A program made the position numbers and the translations under genes. A stretch of 64,000 nucleotides of DNA, from the NCBI RefSeq assembly GCF_001194135.2, contig NC_068994.1, positions 37,965,508 through 38,029,507 of the forward strand, written 5' to 3'. This document shows positions 23,581-35,728 of the stretch, piece by piece. Under the pieces are notes generated by a model. It was given only the letters and a program-made list of their open reading frames with translations, made no database searches and was not told the DNA's origin. Source of the stretch: Octopus bimaculoides. Taxonomy: Eukaryota. Within the stretch, counting starts at the first letter, position 1, and every line of letters begins with the position of its first letter.

Positions 23581-24729
23581 ATCATCTTATATGTATCTTA
23601 CATTACATATTTCAATGCTTTTTATATTCATGTACATGTGTGTATTTGTGTTTTCATGTGTGTGTCTGTGTGTGTTTTTTATAATTTTTAGTCAGGTGGA
23701 AAGGCAGTGTCCAAGAGCCTTTAGAGAGCCTCTGAGACTGAGAGGGGGAAGGGAGAGATGGATGGAGAGAAGAAGGTATCAGCAAATCAATAAGCATACC
23801 TACTGAAGGTATCCAAGGTGAAAGATGATGATATTAAACCAGGCATGAATTAACCCATTTATTACCATATTTCAGTTGAAATACACTGCCTTTATTGCAA
23901 TTAATTTTGAAAATAATAATTAAGAATTTAGCAAAAAAAAAAGCTTTGTTTTTATTAAGCTGGTGCTTGGAACATAAATTAGCATATAATTTTGATGGAA
24001 AATTTTAATTTAGGACACTTTAAAACAAAAAATTTATCGTAGGACAAGAGGCAGTCTTATGTGGGCTGGTTACAAAGCCGTTAATCTCTATCATCCAAGT
24101 AGACCATTTAGGGATTTCAAACTCAAAATGCAGAAAGGTAGGACAAATACCCCAAGTCATCTGGTCCCATGTTATAGTCCATTGACCTCAACAGGATTTG
24201 AACTCAAAGTGCAGAATGTCAGAACAAATACTGAAGCATTTTTTTTATTCAATGCTCTAAAAACTCTACCAATTAATGTGTGTGTCTGTGTGTATGTGTG
24301 TGTGTAAGTGTATGTGTGTGTGTAAGTGTATGTGTGTGTGTTAATATTTTATTTAATTTATTTGATATCATTTGATACCATTATTGTCAGGACCATTTTG
24401 AATCATTATTTGAAAGAATTCTGTCTTTTGTAACTTCCTGTTTCATTGAAACAGAATAGTTGATCTAAAATCATTTCTAACCACTTACTTACTTGATGAT
24501 ACTTTAGATGTCAGAACGGTTTGGTTTGAATTTCTCATGTGGTTTGGAAGGAACTTTTGAAAGGCGAAATGGTTACTTTGATGACAGAGAATTGAATTAA
24601 ATAAATTGTCTCCATAGACTTCATCTTGTTGGCAGATCAATCATTTTGTGACTGAAGTATGAGCTTTGTATTGTCTTTAGAGTTACAGTGAAAATGTTTC
24701 ACTTCATTTTGAAGTACAATTTGGCATAT

Positions 24730-24741
24730 TATTATTATTAC

Positions 24742-24772
<31 letters not shown>

Positions 24773-24779
24773 ATTATCG

Positions 24780-24810
<31 letters not shown>

Positions 24811-25501
24811 CGTTATTATTATTATTATTATCATTATTAAGATGGCAAGCTGGCAGAATCATTAGCACACCAGGCAAAATGTTTAGTAGCATTTCATCTG
24901 TCCTTATATTTTGAGTTCAAATTCCACCGGGCTCAACTTTGCTTTCATTCTTTTGAGGTCAATAAAATAAGTACCAGTCAAGTACCAGAGTTGACGTAAT
25001 CGACGTACCCCCTCCTCCGAAATTGCTGGCCTTGTGCCAAAATTTGAAATTATTATTATTATTATCATTATTTTTATTATTAAGCTGGCAAAAGTGTTAG
25101 CATGCCAGGTGAAGTGTCTAGCAGCATTTCATGTCTTAACGTCTTGAGTTCAAATTCTGCCAAGGTCCACTTAGCCTTGCATCCTTTTGAGATCAATAAA
25201 ATACATATCAGTTGAACATTAAGGGCCGATGTAAATGACTCGCACTCTTCCCCAAAATTACTAGAGTTGTGCCAAAACTTGAAACCATTGTTATTGTTGT
25301 TGTTGTTGTTGTTGTTAGGAGGGGGAGGAGGGGGAGGAGTAAGTTGGCAGAGTTGTTAGCATGCTGGGTGAAGTATTCTGCCAAGGTCGACTTTGCCATC
25401 CTTTCGGGTCAATGAAATAAGTACCTGTCAAGCACTGGGGTCGATGTAATCAACTAGTCCCCTCACCCAAAATTTCAGGCCTGGTGCCTTTAGTAGAAAG
25501 G

Positions 25502-25596
<95 letters not shown>

Positions 25597-25606
25597 NNNN
25601 NNNNNN

Positions 25607-25638
<32 letters not shown>

Positions 25639-25639
25639 G

Positions 25640-25687
<48 letters not shown>

Positions 25688-25850
25688 TTATTAGTAAGCT
25701 GGCAGAATTGTTAGCTTGCCAAGCAAAATGCTTAGCAGCATTTCATTCCCCTTCACTTTCTGAGTTCATATTCTGCTGAGGCTGACTCTGCCTTTCATCC
25801 TTTTGGGGTCAATAAAATAAGGCGGAGGAGGAGGAGAAGAAGAAGAAGAA
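24730..25850 (+). mobile_element. Head-to-tail chain of four family-B SINEs separated by (ATT)n/(GTT)n/(GTA)n tracts
   Basis: Copies at about 24841-25048, 25081-25286, 25338-25503 and 25696-25822, each beginning (g)agctggcaga...ttagca and containing gagttcaaattc. Confidence 0.8.
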
Positions 25851-25973
25851 GAGCACATTATGATTTGTAATAAATAGAGATTGTCACTGTTAATAATGTC
25901 TATTGTATTGATCGATATTTTGATTGTATGTTCTATATCTTAGAGATGAGGAATTCTGAACATTATTTACCAC

Positions 25974-26046
25974 GGGCATATAGCATAATGGTTGAGAGCA
26001 CAGGCTACTAACACCAAGATCCCAAGTGCAATTCCAGGCAGTGCCT
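25974..26046 (+). pseudogene. tRNA-like sequence (73 nt; Thr-like anticodon loop, degenerate), probably a SINE head
   Basis: GGGCATA...GTGCCT acceptor-like stem, A box TAGCATAATGG, loop CTACTAA (compare CTAGTAA) and a degenerate B box GTGCAATTCC. It is followed by (AAT)n. Confidence 0.6.
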
Positions 26047-26145
26047 TGAATAAATAATAATAATAATAATAACAATAATAACATCAGCAAAAAATACCTT
26101 AGGAATGTGAACCCTCGGTTGGGTTGAAAATTCCAGCAGGACACC

Positions 26146-26193
26146 TGTTACCTGAAGAAGGCTGGAGAGTAAGTCAGCCGAAATGTTGTAACA
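26146..26193 (+). ncRNA. Minimal PLE-type type I hammerhead motif, near-intact
   Basis: Stem I TGTTAC/GTAACA (6 perfect bp); CTGAAGA plus an extra A; stem II GGCTG/CAGCC; GAAA; then TGTT, where the expected CGTT has changed by CpG decay. Confidence 0.68.
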
Positions 26194-26426
26194 ACAAACA
26201 AGGTGAGGACACATATCTGGCCAATGTAAATAATGCAAATAATTTTGACGGTATATCTGTCTTCTTCGGGGTTTGAAATGAAAATTGAAAAAATGCAAAG
26301 AATACAGAAATACAGTGGCAGCAGTGATGGTGAAGATGGTAGTAGTGACAGTAGTGAAGGCAGTGGCAATACAGTTTACCACTCCACCCTAGTCAGTCTC
26401 AGCTGAACATAAACAGACGTATGATC

Positions 26427-27118
26427 TAAGCTATTCCAGCTATAACAGTTTCATGTTTTGTATATTTAAAATACCCTTTCTGTTTTTAAAATGGTAATCT
26501 CTGACGCAAGAAAGTTATTCATAAACTGTTATTCATAAACTGTTAAGCTATTCCAGCTATAACAGTTTCATGTTTTGTATATTTAAAATACCCTTTCTGT
26601 TTTTAAAATGGTAATCTCTGATGCAAGGNNNNNNNNNNNNNNNNNNNNNNNNNNNNNNNNNNNNNNNNNNNNNNNNNNNNNNNNNNNNNNNNNNNNNNNN
26701 NNNNNNNNNNNNNNNNNNNNNNNNNNNNNNNNNNNNNNNNNNNNNNNNNNNNNNNNNNNNNNNNNNNNNNNNNNNNNNNNNNNNNNNNNNNNNNNNNNNN
26801 NNNNNNNNNNNNNNNNNNNNNNNNNNNNNNNNNNNNNNNNNNNNNNNNNNNNNNNNNNNNNNNNNNNNNNNNNNNNNNNNNNNNNNNNNNNNNNNNNNNN
26901 NNNNNNNNNNNNNNNNNNNNNNNNNNNNNNNNNNNNNNNNNNATTTAAAATACCCTTTCTGTTTTTAAAATGGTAATCTCTGATGCAAGAAAGTTATTCA
27001 TAAACTGTTATTCATAAACTGTTAAGCTATTCCAGCTATAACAGTTTCATGTTTTGTATATTTAAAATACCCTTTCTGTTTTTAAAATGGTAATCTCTGA
27101 TGCAAGGAAGTTATTCAT
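26427..27118. repeat. 117-bp tandem repeat spanning an assembly gap
   Basis: Units start at 26427, 26544 and 27023, with an internal 14-bp duplication TTATTCATAAACTG. The gap is 26629-26942. Confidence 0.75.
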
Positions 27119-27119
27119 T

Positions 27120-27570
27120 CTTTTCCTTATTATTTGTTTCGGTCATTTATTTGACTGTGGCCATGCTGGAGCACCGCCTTTAGTCAAACAAATCGACCTC
27201 AGAACTTATAAGAATAAGTACTTACTCTATCAGTCTCTTTTGCCAAACCGCTAAGTTATGGGGATGTAAACACACCAGCACTTAATTTATTGGGGTCTCT
27301 TACGAAACCGCTAAGCTATGGAGACATAGACGCTCCAACACCAGTTGTTGAGTGGTGGAGGGGGACAAACACAGACACAAAGACACACACATAGATACAC
27401 ACAGACACACACACACACACAGGTGCCATGCAGTGAAACTGAACCCAGAACTATGTGACTGGGAAGCAAACTTCTTACCACACAGCTATGCCTGTGCCTG
27501 TATAATTCTTTTATCCTTTTACTTGTTTCAGTCATTTGACTGCAGCCATGCTGGACCACCACCTTGTAAT
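27120..27570 (-). mobile_element. Family A SINE(s), rearranged
   Basis: Reverse-complement tail ttgactgtggccatgctggagcaccgcc, a (CA)n tract, and head ...gggaagcaaacttcttaccacacagctatgcc. Confidence 0.75.
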
Positions 27571-28364
27571 GTTAAAAACAAAATAAAAGTTAGATCCCAA
27601 ATGGCTTTAGAGCACTCTTGACTCTTATTTTGAGTCACAATGACTCTTGGATTAGTATCAGACAAAATGCCTTGTAGCATCTACTTCTAACCTTTTCAAT
27701 TCCCATCAAGATCATCTTTGGCCTTCATCCATCCAGGGGCCAATGAAGTAGTGTACCAATCAAGGATTGGAAATATTATAATTAAGTGATTCTTGTGTCT
27801 CCCACATTTCTTTCTTTCATCAAGAGACCACGGGCAAAAAAATCTTACATGAATCTTTTACATGAAGTTGCACATTGAGGGCAAATGAAACTATATTCCG
27901 ACTGCCACAGTTTTCTACAGAGGAGTAGTGGCAACCAAAATATTATTAGTTTCGAAATAAGGCCATCCAATTGTTATAACTCTCCCTGGTAAATGTAATT
28001 TATGGTTGATAGATGGATGATGATGATGATGATGATGATGGCGACGATGTTGATGATGATGATACTGGTGGAGATGGGGTGTGCAGGTGACAGGCAATGG
28101 TGACGATAACGATAATAATAATGAATAATACTTCAATCACTCTGGATTGAAATATATCCTCAGAATTCCAGATGAACACTAGATTATAGCCTTATTTATA
28201 TATTCTCATTAATCAAAATCATCTCAAGTTGTCAGAATATACACCAGGAGCATTCTTATTTCTTTCTAACAGAGTTATATTTAGCTGCTAACTAGAGTCT
28301 GACGCAAGCTCAAAGTGTTAAACTATCAGACTATCCCTATGAATAATTGATTAATTACTGTTTT

Positions 28365-28396
<32 letters not shown>

Positions 28397-28397
28397 T

Positions 28398-28573
28398 TCT
28401 TTTACTTGTTTCAGTCACTTGACTGTGGCCATGCTGGAGCACCACCTTTAGTCAAACAAATCAACACCGGGACTTACTCTCTGTAATCCCATTGGTCTCC
28501 TTTGCCAAACTGCTATGTTACAGGGACGCAAACATGCCAACACTGGCTATCAGGTGGTGATGGCAGGGGGACA

Positions 28574-28619
<46 letters not shown>

Positions 28620-28750
28620 GGCTTCTTTCAGTTTCCATCTACCAAATCCACTCATAAAGCTTGGGTTAGCCTAAGGCTAAAAGAGAAGACACTCGCTCAA
28701 GGTACCATGCAGTAACACTGAACCCAGAATCATGTGGTATGGCATCCATA
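28398..28750 (-). mobile_element. Family A SINE
   Basis: Tail, (CA)n and head modules in reverse orientation. Confidence 0.75.
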
Positions 28751-30002
28751 CTACAATTATAATTTAACTTTTATCAAATATCTTAGTGCTTATCCATAAT
28801 GATGATATGAATACAAATTTTTAAAAGAAAAATATCCATTACCTTAAAATAAAATTAAACAAATAGATTTCTCAATTGAGTAACTCCTCCCATAACTTCT
28901 CTCTCATTTACTTTCTATCTTCCACCTACTCTGTCTCTATGATTCTTTATCTCTCTCACACTATCTATGCATGTGCATGTGTGTGTAGTGGTCTTTATTC
29001 ATTGCCTGCCACCAAAACTAGTATGTGGACTCAGCTTTCACCTCTTATGTTAACTCTTTCTGTACTTCTCTTTTTCACTCTTTCCCCACCTCTCTCTATA
29101 CAATGTATATTGGCTTTTGGTGAAGAAGTAAAATCATTATTATCATGTTGGACAACGTAGCATTTCTTCTGCCTAAACAGCATTATTTTTGGTTTTATGT
29201 TCTGAGTTCAAATTCAGTTATCTTTTGGAACTTGATAAAATAAGTTCCATTTGAGCAGCGATGAGGTCGATGTAAATGACTACCCCCATCAAAATTTCAA
29301 GCCCTGTGCCTACATTCAAAAAAATTATTCTTATTGATGTTAATTTATTACAATTATTAGTTGTAGTAGTAATATATATATATATAGCATCATCATCATC
29401 ATCATTTAACATCCCTGTTTAATGCTGGCAAGATTTAGTTATATACACACACATATATACACACATACATACATGTATGTATGTATGTGTGTATATGTAT
29501 ATATATATATATATAGATAGATAGATATATATACATACATATATATGAGGCCTCATGATGGCAAAGAAGAATAGGCACCAGCCAGCCCAAAGGATGGGAT
29601 GGGCTGCACCTGCCTACTTTGGTTGCTATAGTATTAAGGTAGATCTGGCCACCCTCATTAATGGGGACAAAACCCGGATTTAAAACACTGGATAATGATG
29701 ATGATATATACATATATATACTGACACTCTGCCAGTGATGACGACGAGGGTTCCAGTTGACCTGATCACTGGAATAGCCAGCTTGTGAAATTACCATGCA
29801 AGCGGCTGAGCACTGCACAGACATGTGTACCCTTAACGTAGTTCTCTGGTAGAATCAGCGTAGTTCTCTGACAGAATAAGTACTAGGCTAACAAAGAATA
29901 AATCCTCTGGTCGATTTTTTCAACCAAAGGCAGTGCTCCAGTATGGCCACAGTCTCATGACTGAAACAAGTAAAACACTAAAAAAAACTATGCCATTTTA
30001 AT

Positions 30003-30030
30003 CCCGAGCAAGGCTGGGTCTCTTTGCTAG
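30003..30030 (+). mobile_element. Helitron-like 3' terminus
   Basis: GC-rich hairpin CCCGAGC-AAG-GCTGGG, 8 nt upstream of CTAG, followed by T. No 5' TC end was located. Confidence 0.45.
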
Positions 30031-30417
30031 TATGTATGTATGAATGTATGTATGTATGTATGTACATACGTACATATGTACATACATATGTATGTATATT
30101 TGTATATATGTATGTATGTTTAGATACATATATAAATTAATGAGACAATTATCAGAAGAAATGTTCTACAATCTCAACCCAATAAAAAATCAATAAGGGA
30201 AAGATCAGATGTCTGTTGATCTTTATAAAAATATTTGCAGGCATGAACCAAAAAAAAAACAATGACTATGCTAGACTGGTTGTTTTGGTAAACTATAAAT
30301 AATCTTAGTAATCAGCAGCTTTGGAGACTAAAAGATTTCTGAATGGTAGAATTCCACCTACAAATAGAAGTGAAAGTTAAGCACAAGTACATCAGTACAT
30401 TGAAAGATGGTTTACAC

Positions 30418-31051
30418 CAGGGGTTCTCGTCTAGGGTCCATATGGATCCAGAGTGCCCATGTAAGATTTTGCAGTGTCTACACAGCAAAATAGTAAATTA
30501 GCACCTGTTCATGTAAATGGCACCTGTGCATTGTAGTTGTGGTCATTGCCAGTGACATGTAAATGACCCCATGAATCGTAGTCATGGTCATCGCTGGTGT
30601 AATGTAAATGAGAGCCATGTCAGTGGCACATAAAAAACCCCCATTACACTCCTGGAAGGTAGGCATTAGGAATGGCATCCAACTGTAGAAATCATGCCAA
30701 ATCATACTGGAACCTGGTGCAGCTCTCTTGGCTTATCAGCTCCAGTCAAACCATTTAATCCATGCCAGCATGGAGAGAGGACGTTAAAAGATGAGGACAA
30801 TGATGACGATGGTGACGATGATGATGATGATGGATATCCACAATAGCATTTTAAGAACCCCTGAAAAAATTCTGCTTTGTTATGTATGTATTGCAAAAAC
30901 CAGTAACATTTTACATAGTGAAAAACAAAATAGGAATTTTGAAAGAAGTATCTACAAAACTAGTTTTTAAGCATTGAATGGCCATGGGGGTTCACCACAG
31001 TAAAATACTAATCAAAGGGGTTCATAGATAAAAAATGGTTGTGAATCCCTG
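30418..31051. mobile_element. hAT-like MITE containing a nested RTE-tail SINE (about 30480-30835)
   Basis: TIRs CAGGGGTTCTC / CAGGGATTCAC (9/11); 8-bp flanks GTTTACAC / ACTTACAT (5/8). Confidence 0.5.
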
Positions 31052-32155
31052 ACTTACATAGAAGGTGATCAGCAATTGGAAGTGACATTTTATTAAAATC
31101 TTTTACATTCAGTCCAGATGAGAATAATTTCCTCTTGACTCAACCATAGATTCTTTATGCAGCTAAGAAGTTAATTTCACAACCATGTAACTTTCAGGAG
31201 GGCTCCTCAAGAAATAATTTCCACATAGACCCCCACCACCACATACAGAACTGGCACGCATGCACCCAACAAATTTTAACATATAAACAGCTTTCCAAAT
31301 GCAATGAATAACATTCATGCCAGGGATCATGTATGTATGGGAGTATTTATATATATATATATGTATGTATGTATGTACGTATGTGTCAGGGGATAGATAT
31401 ATATGTGTATGTCCCCCTCACATGTGGTGACAGTGACTGTTGACTATTTTGGTGTGCATGTGCATCTGGACACACATATGTACTCATCTATCTATGCTTT
31501 TGTATCCATATATATCTACGTATGGTTATGTATACATGCACAGGCATGTATATTGGAGTTTTTATAACTATTTATATGGTTTTATATACTGTTTGTAGGC
31601 TTTTTTATGTGCCTTATATTTTTATATTTTCATTTTTTATTTTTTTATTTTTACTTTATTCTTATTTTATATTTGTATTGAATTTTGTAAATCTCTGAAT
31701 AGACCTAGCGAATCATGCATGTACCCCCATTACATCATTTTCATCTACTAATTACTCCAGCGTACAGGAGCTATAGAGATAGAATGGGGCACGCCAACGC
31801 TAGGCCGAAACAGCTGTAAGTTTCGCTTAATGTCCTTTATATTTGAAATCTTAATTGTTAATATGACATGGTATGTCATTAGTGTCTGTATATTGTGTTT
31901 TTTTGTCAATTTAGTTATAAAATAAACAGATTAAACAATGGAATACATTGTCTGCAAGTTGATGGGTACCGCATATTCTCCTCCATTTTCTCATTGCTAT
32001 ATAAATTCAGGGTAAAATAACCCCCTTTTACCCTCACCCACTTATTGCACTTGATATAACACTAGTGTAACAATAATTGGGTACCCTCCCAGCAGTATAT
32101 TGGATAGATACTATCCCTTAGTGGGTTGAATCCTCAACTCCTAACTCTTTTGGAT

Positions 32156-32200
<45 letters not shown>

Positions 32201-32334
32201 ATGTATATATATTCTAAATAATTGATATGGAAGACATAGTAAGCTGGAAAATTTATTTATCACAACAATCTTTCCAACATAATTCTGCACTGCTCCCTAG
32301 TGGGTGGGGAATGATATAATGAATTCTAACTTAC

Positions 32335-32445
32335 CTTACAGTGCAGAAATGCCTCATCAGGTAGATATAATAGGATTCCAACATGCTTTGCTGGCACACT
32401 ACTTGGGATACACCCAAAATACAGTTTAGATGCAAAATTTCAGAT
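32335..32445 (-). other. Candidate 111-nt exon
   Basis: aaatttAG| ... TGTAAG|GTAAGT. The donor is strong and the acceptor weak. Confidence 0.22.
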
Positions 32446-32462
32446 CTAAATTTTAATCATAA

Positions 32463-32537
<75 letters not shown>

Positions 32538-32859
32538 CAACAGAAACAGCATGAATACCAGAAGGTAATATTTATATAGTTATATCCACTTTTAAGTGGG
32601 GACAAATATTATGTCCCATAAGAGATCAATCAATAAAATAATTACCAGATTTCAGAATAAGTTCTGGGGTCAATATGACATATCAAACTGTTGAAGGTAG
32701 TGCCCCAGCTTGGCCCCATAGACTGAAATCAGTTAAAGAACACAAGAGTAACATTATGAGCATTTGTGTAAAGGTTACAGTTTTCCCAGAGTAAAAATTA
32801 TTGTTGTATTAGAATATATGGACAGTTAAATTGTTTAATCTTCTAGCAAACAATTCAGC

Positions 32860-33330
32860 TCATGCACTGATTTCTAAATACACAACACATATACATAGAC
32901 ATTACACGAAATATATGCCCACGCTATGCACAATGGATACACACACACACACGCACCCACACACAAACACACACACAAACACACACACACACCTTATACG
33001 AAATATATGCATACTCTACACACACTGGACACACGCAGACACACTAAACATACACTACACACACTCACACACACAATCACATACACACACACAGAGGCCT
33101 TACATGAAATATATGCACACCCTACACACATTGGACACACACAGACAAACCAAACATACAACACACACACACACACACACACACACATGCAAACACTCAT
33201 TCAAACTCACACAAGCACACTATGCAGATATAAACACATACACACTATACACATACACACACACAAACACATACCCTACACACAATACACTAAGCACATA
33301 ACAAACACAATGCACACACACAAATACACA

Positions 33331-33368
<38 letters not shown>

Positions 33369-33378
33369 NNNNNNNNNN

Positions 33379-33430
<52 letters not shown>
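32860..33430. repeat. Degenerate (CA)n-rich low-complexity tract
   Basis: Read directly. The His/Thr-rich ORFs here are translation artefacts. Confidence 0.9.
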
Positions 33431-33934
33431 CAGTTAAATATAGATAGATTAATGCTACCTGTCCTTAGGACATCCAACCAATGAATATTAAGTACTTAGA
33501 ACAAAGCAGTAATGAATGAAAAATTCATTCAATTTATGGCAGTAATATTTATTTATAGTATTAAATGTTAAGGCAATTTGGTAATACAAGTCAATCAGAA
33601 TATCTGAAAATAATTTCTTTGATAAATAACTTCTGTGCTGAAAGGCAGCTTCTCTAAGACAATGGTTTTGAGATGATTTTTAAAAGATTTCCTATCATAT
33701 TCAAGAGTTTTATGTTTCACACACCTACACACACACTCATATAAGCATGCATACACTCACCCCATGCACACACACACACACATATCATATGTAGCCACTA
33801 ACATACCAAGAATATTCCTAAAACTAATAGATAACCACTTCCCACACTCACACAAATACCATAAGATCTTCAATAGAAATACTCTTGAAGTCAGCTATAG
33901 TTACCTCCTTAAATATAGGGTCGATAATACTCAC

Positions 33935-33966
33935 CCACAATAAAGATAATATCAGTAGGAATATCC
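33935..33966 (-). other. Candidate 32-nt microexon
   Basis: ttgtcttcCAG|GGATATTCCTACTGATATTATCTTTATTGTGG|GTGAGT. Confidence 0.25.
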
Positions 33967-35518
33967 CTGGAAGACAATATATCTCCGAACTGTTGTTCTC
34001 TGAATAACAGGTGTCTACAAAAATTAACTTGTATACAAGGCTAATATCATCATTCAACATCCACTTTTCCACTTGGTGCACATATGCTATGCTCGAGATA
34101 CCCTTTCTGATGTTAACCCTTACCTGTTTCCAAGTAAGATAATATTTCCCCGTGACCAAACATTTTTCTCATGAGCCCAGTAAAAGAATGTGGAAGGCTG
34201 GGCCTCCAACTAGGCCTTTCATGATACCCTTAAAGCCAGGAACTTTTCAACACCCCTTCGTATGTATGTATGTATGTATGTATGTATGTATGTATGTATG
34301 TTTGTATGCATATATACATACATACATGCATGTATGTATGTATTTGACTTAGTCTTTGTGTTTGTGTCCCACTACTACTTGACAACCACTGTTGGTTTGT
34401 TTACATCTCTGTAACTTAGTAGTTTTGCAAAGGAAACCGACAGAATAAGTACCAGACTTGAAATAAAGTACTGGGGGTTGATTTGCTCAATTAAACCCTT
34501 CAAAGTGGTGTCCCAGTATGACCATAGTGCAATGACGAAGCAAAACTAAATCCACCACTTAGGACAGGTTCTATATTCATCAACCCCGAAAGAGTAAAAG
34601 TCGAAGTTGAGCTTGGCAGGATTTGAACTCAGAATGCAGAAAACTGGAACAAAATATACTGCAAGGCATTATAAGATGCTGCTTTTATAATTCTGCCACT
34701 TCACTGTCTTTTTTTAAGCACTCTTCTTATATCCTGCAAGTTGCATGAACACAAAAATATTTTTCTATCTATTAACAGAGACAATAGTTTCCTGAACTTC
34801 TTTCCCACAACTCTTATCATTGTCACTATTATTTTCTAAACATTTACTACCACCCACACTAATTACAACCAACTAACCTAGTCATTGACTCATTGCTTTC
34901 TTAGTGGCCACTTAACTATGTACATTATGGAAACCTGTCAAAGATCTTATCTACAACAAACAATTCAAAATAGAAATTTTTTCCTTGGTTAAAAATTTCT
35001 TTCGACATTATCTTCACAGTTTCTGTGCAACACAGGCAGAATACACACCCAACACAATGTTTTTATGAAAGAACCAGTTTTTATTTTATTTATTTTCTTT
35101 TCGTTATCTGGCTGTGACAATAAGACACATACCTCCACACACTCCACACACACACACACACACAATGGGTTTCAGCACAGTTTCCATATGCCAACATTCT
35201 GCTTACAAGGCATTGGTCATACCAAAGCTATGATAGAAGACACTTTCCTAGGCTACTGTGCAGTGGTATTGTTGTGAAAGGATTCCAACCACCCCCATGT
35301 AACAAAAAGTTAACTGAAACGTTGCTATACAATAAAGAACTATCAGCAGTTCATTGTAAGCAGTTCACTGAGAGCCATTGGCAGAGAGCATTTAACCTCA
35401 TGTAACAGTAATCGTGTGAATACTTCTTTCCTTACACTTTGCTGAATTATGTATCCAACCTCAAGGATATAAAAGGTATGAAACCCACAATTAAATGGTT
35501 GCAAAACAAATCTCTTAA

Positions 35519-35728
35519 CCCTTTAGCTTTTAAACTGGTCATATCCGGCCCAGACTATCTACCTATTTTATGTTCAAAGAAGCAAGGTCTGACCTTTTAC
35601 ATTTACCTTACAATGTCATTCTAAAAATAAACTATCACATCATTGAAATCTGAAAACTGTAAGATAATGTATGGTTAATTCAAAACAAATAAATTACATT
35701 TGACTGAGAAATCTCAATGCTAAAAGGG
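35519..35728. mobile_element. piggyBac-type MITE inserted in a SINE head
   Basis: TTAA|CCCTTTAGC...GCTAAAAGGG|TAAA. Removing it rejoins a reverse SINE head (aaatctcTTAA-catacagccatg). Confidence 0.7.

Noticed and set aside
31058-31164. Minus-strand exon candidate with a TAT|GTAAGT donor
   Set aside because: All three frames contain stops, and the donor overlaps the MITE target-site sequence.
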